DNA of 64,000 bases from Eledone cirrhosa. Taxonomy: Eukaryota. The translations under genes and the position numbers were made by a program. Below the pieces are notes generated by a model, which saw only the letters and a program-made list of their open reading frames with translations, ran no database searches and had not been told where the DNA came from. The stretch spans positions 428,544,001-428,608,000 of the forward strand of contig OZ024740.1 in NCBI GenBank assembly GCA_964016885.1, written 5' to 3'. Positions within the stretch are counted from its first letter, which is position 1. Every line of letters begins with the position of its first letter. Positions 62,901-64,000 of the stretch are shown here, piece by piece.

Positions 62901-64000
62901 ACCACAACAGTCACCTAGTGGGGAAGACAGACATTATCAGGCTACAGCTGCCATATTATATAGTTTCTATTACAGACCACAACAGTCACCAAATGGGGAA
63001 GACAGACATTATCAGGCTACAGGTGTCATATTATATAGTTTCTACAACAGACCACAACAGTCACCAAATGGGGAAGACAGACATTATCAGGCTACAGGTG
63101 TCATATTATATAGTTTCTACAACAGACCACAACAGTCACCAAATGGGGAAGACAGACATTATCAGGCTACAGCTGCCATATTATATAGTTTCTACAACAG
63201 ACCAGGACAGTCACCTAGTGGGGAAGACAGACATTATCAGGCTACAGGTGTCATATTATATAGTTTCTACAACAGACAATGACAGTCACCTAATGGGGAA
63301 GACAGACATTATCAGGCTACAGCTGCCATATTATATAGTTTCTTCAACAGACCACGACAGTCACCTAGTGGGGAAGACAGACATTATCAGGCTACAGGTG
63401 TTTATATTATATAGTTTCTACAACAGACAACGACAGTCACCTAATGGGGAAGACAGACATTATCAGGCTACAGGTGTCATATTATATAATTTCTACAACA
63501 GACCACAACAGTCACCAAATGGGGAAGACAGACATTATCAGGCTACAGGTGTCATATTATATAGTTTCTACAACAGACCACAACAGTCACCAAATGGGGA
63601 AACAGACATTATCAGGCTACAGCTGCCGTAATATATAGTTTCTACAACAGACCAGGACAGTCACCTAGTGGGGAAGACAGACATTATCAGGCTACAGCTG
63701 CAATATTATATAGTTTCTACAACATACCACAACAGTCACCTAGTGGGGAAGACAGACATTATCAGGCTACAGCTGCAATATTATATAGTTTCTACAACAG
63801 ACCACAACAGTCACCTAGTGGGGAAGACAGACATTATCAGGCTACAGCTGCCATATTATATAGTTTCTACAACAGACCACAACAGTCACCTAATGGGGAA
63901 GACAGACATTATCAGGCTACAGCTGCCATATTATATAGTTTCTACAACAGACCACAAGAGTCACCTAGTGGGGAAGACAGACATTATCAGGCTACAGCTG
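35930..64000. repeat. 75-bp satellite array (about 370 copies, runs off the window end)
   Basis: Consensus GGGGAAGACAGACATTATCAGGCTACAGCTGCCATATTATATAGTTTCTACAACAGACCACAACAGTCACCTAGT, with recurrent diagnostic variants and indels. Confidence 0.98.

Noticed and set aside
35940-63638. Dozens of long repetitive ORFs as protein-coding genes
   Set aside because: They arise from a 75-bp (multiple of 3) satellite. Frameshifting indels are common and there are no unique termini or splice context.
35930-64000. CRISPR array
   Set aside because: Units are wholly repeated with no unique spacers, there are no cas genes, and the context is eukaryotic.

Overview
Gene-free, repeat-saturated animal DNA, most likely octopus (inferred from a characteristic tRNA-derived SINE). 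No host protein-coding gene is supported. The window has four zones. (1) 1-12.8 kb: microsatellite tracts, each carrying its own retroelement. These are a Tx1-type LINE in (TATC)n, a short RTE-like element in (TATG)n, Penelope-like (Naiad-type) elements and pLTR remnants with several hammerhead-ribozyme motifs in (TA)n, a CRE-like fragment, and an RNase H-bearing I-group LINE in (GTT)n. (2) 13-28.6 kb: a nest of R4/Dong-like LINEs (all + strand) alternating with Tx1-like LINEs (all - strand, one full length), joined almost entirely through (TAA)n. (3) 28.9-35.9 kb: a 16-bp satellite with a SINE insertion, then a decayed RTE LINE whose C-terminal coding segment has expanded into a 55-bp tandem repeat. 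(4) 35.9-64 kb: a 75-bp satellite of about 370 copies with higher-order duplications. Its long ORFs are repeat artefacts, but its minus strand shows hammerhead-like topology. All calls come from reading motifs by eye; no database searches were run.
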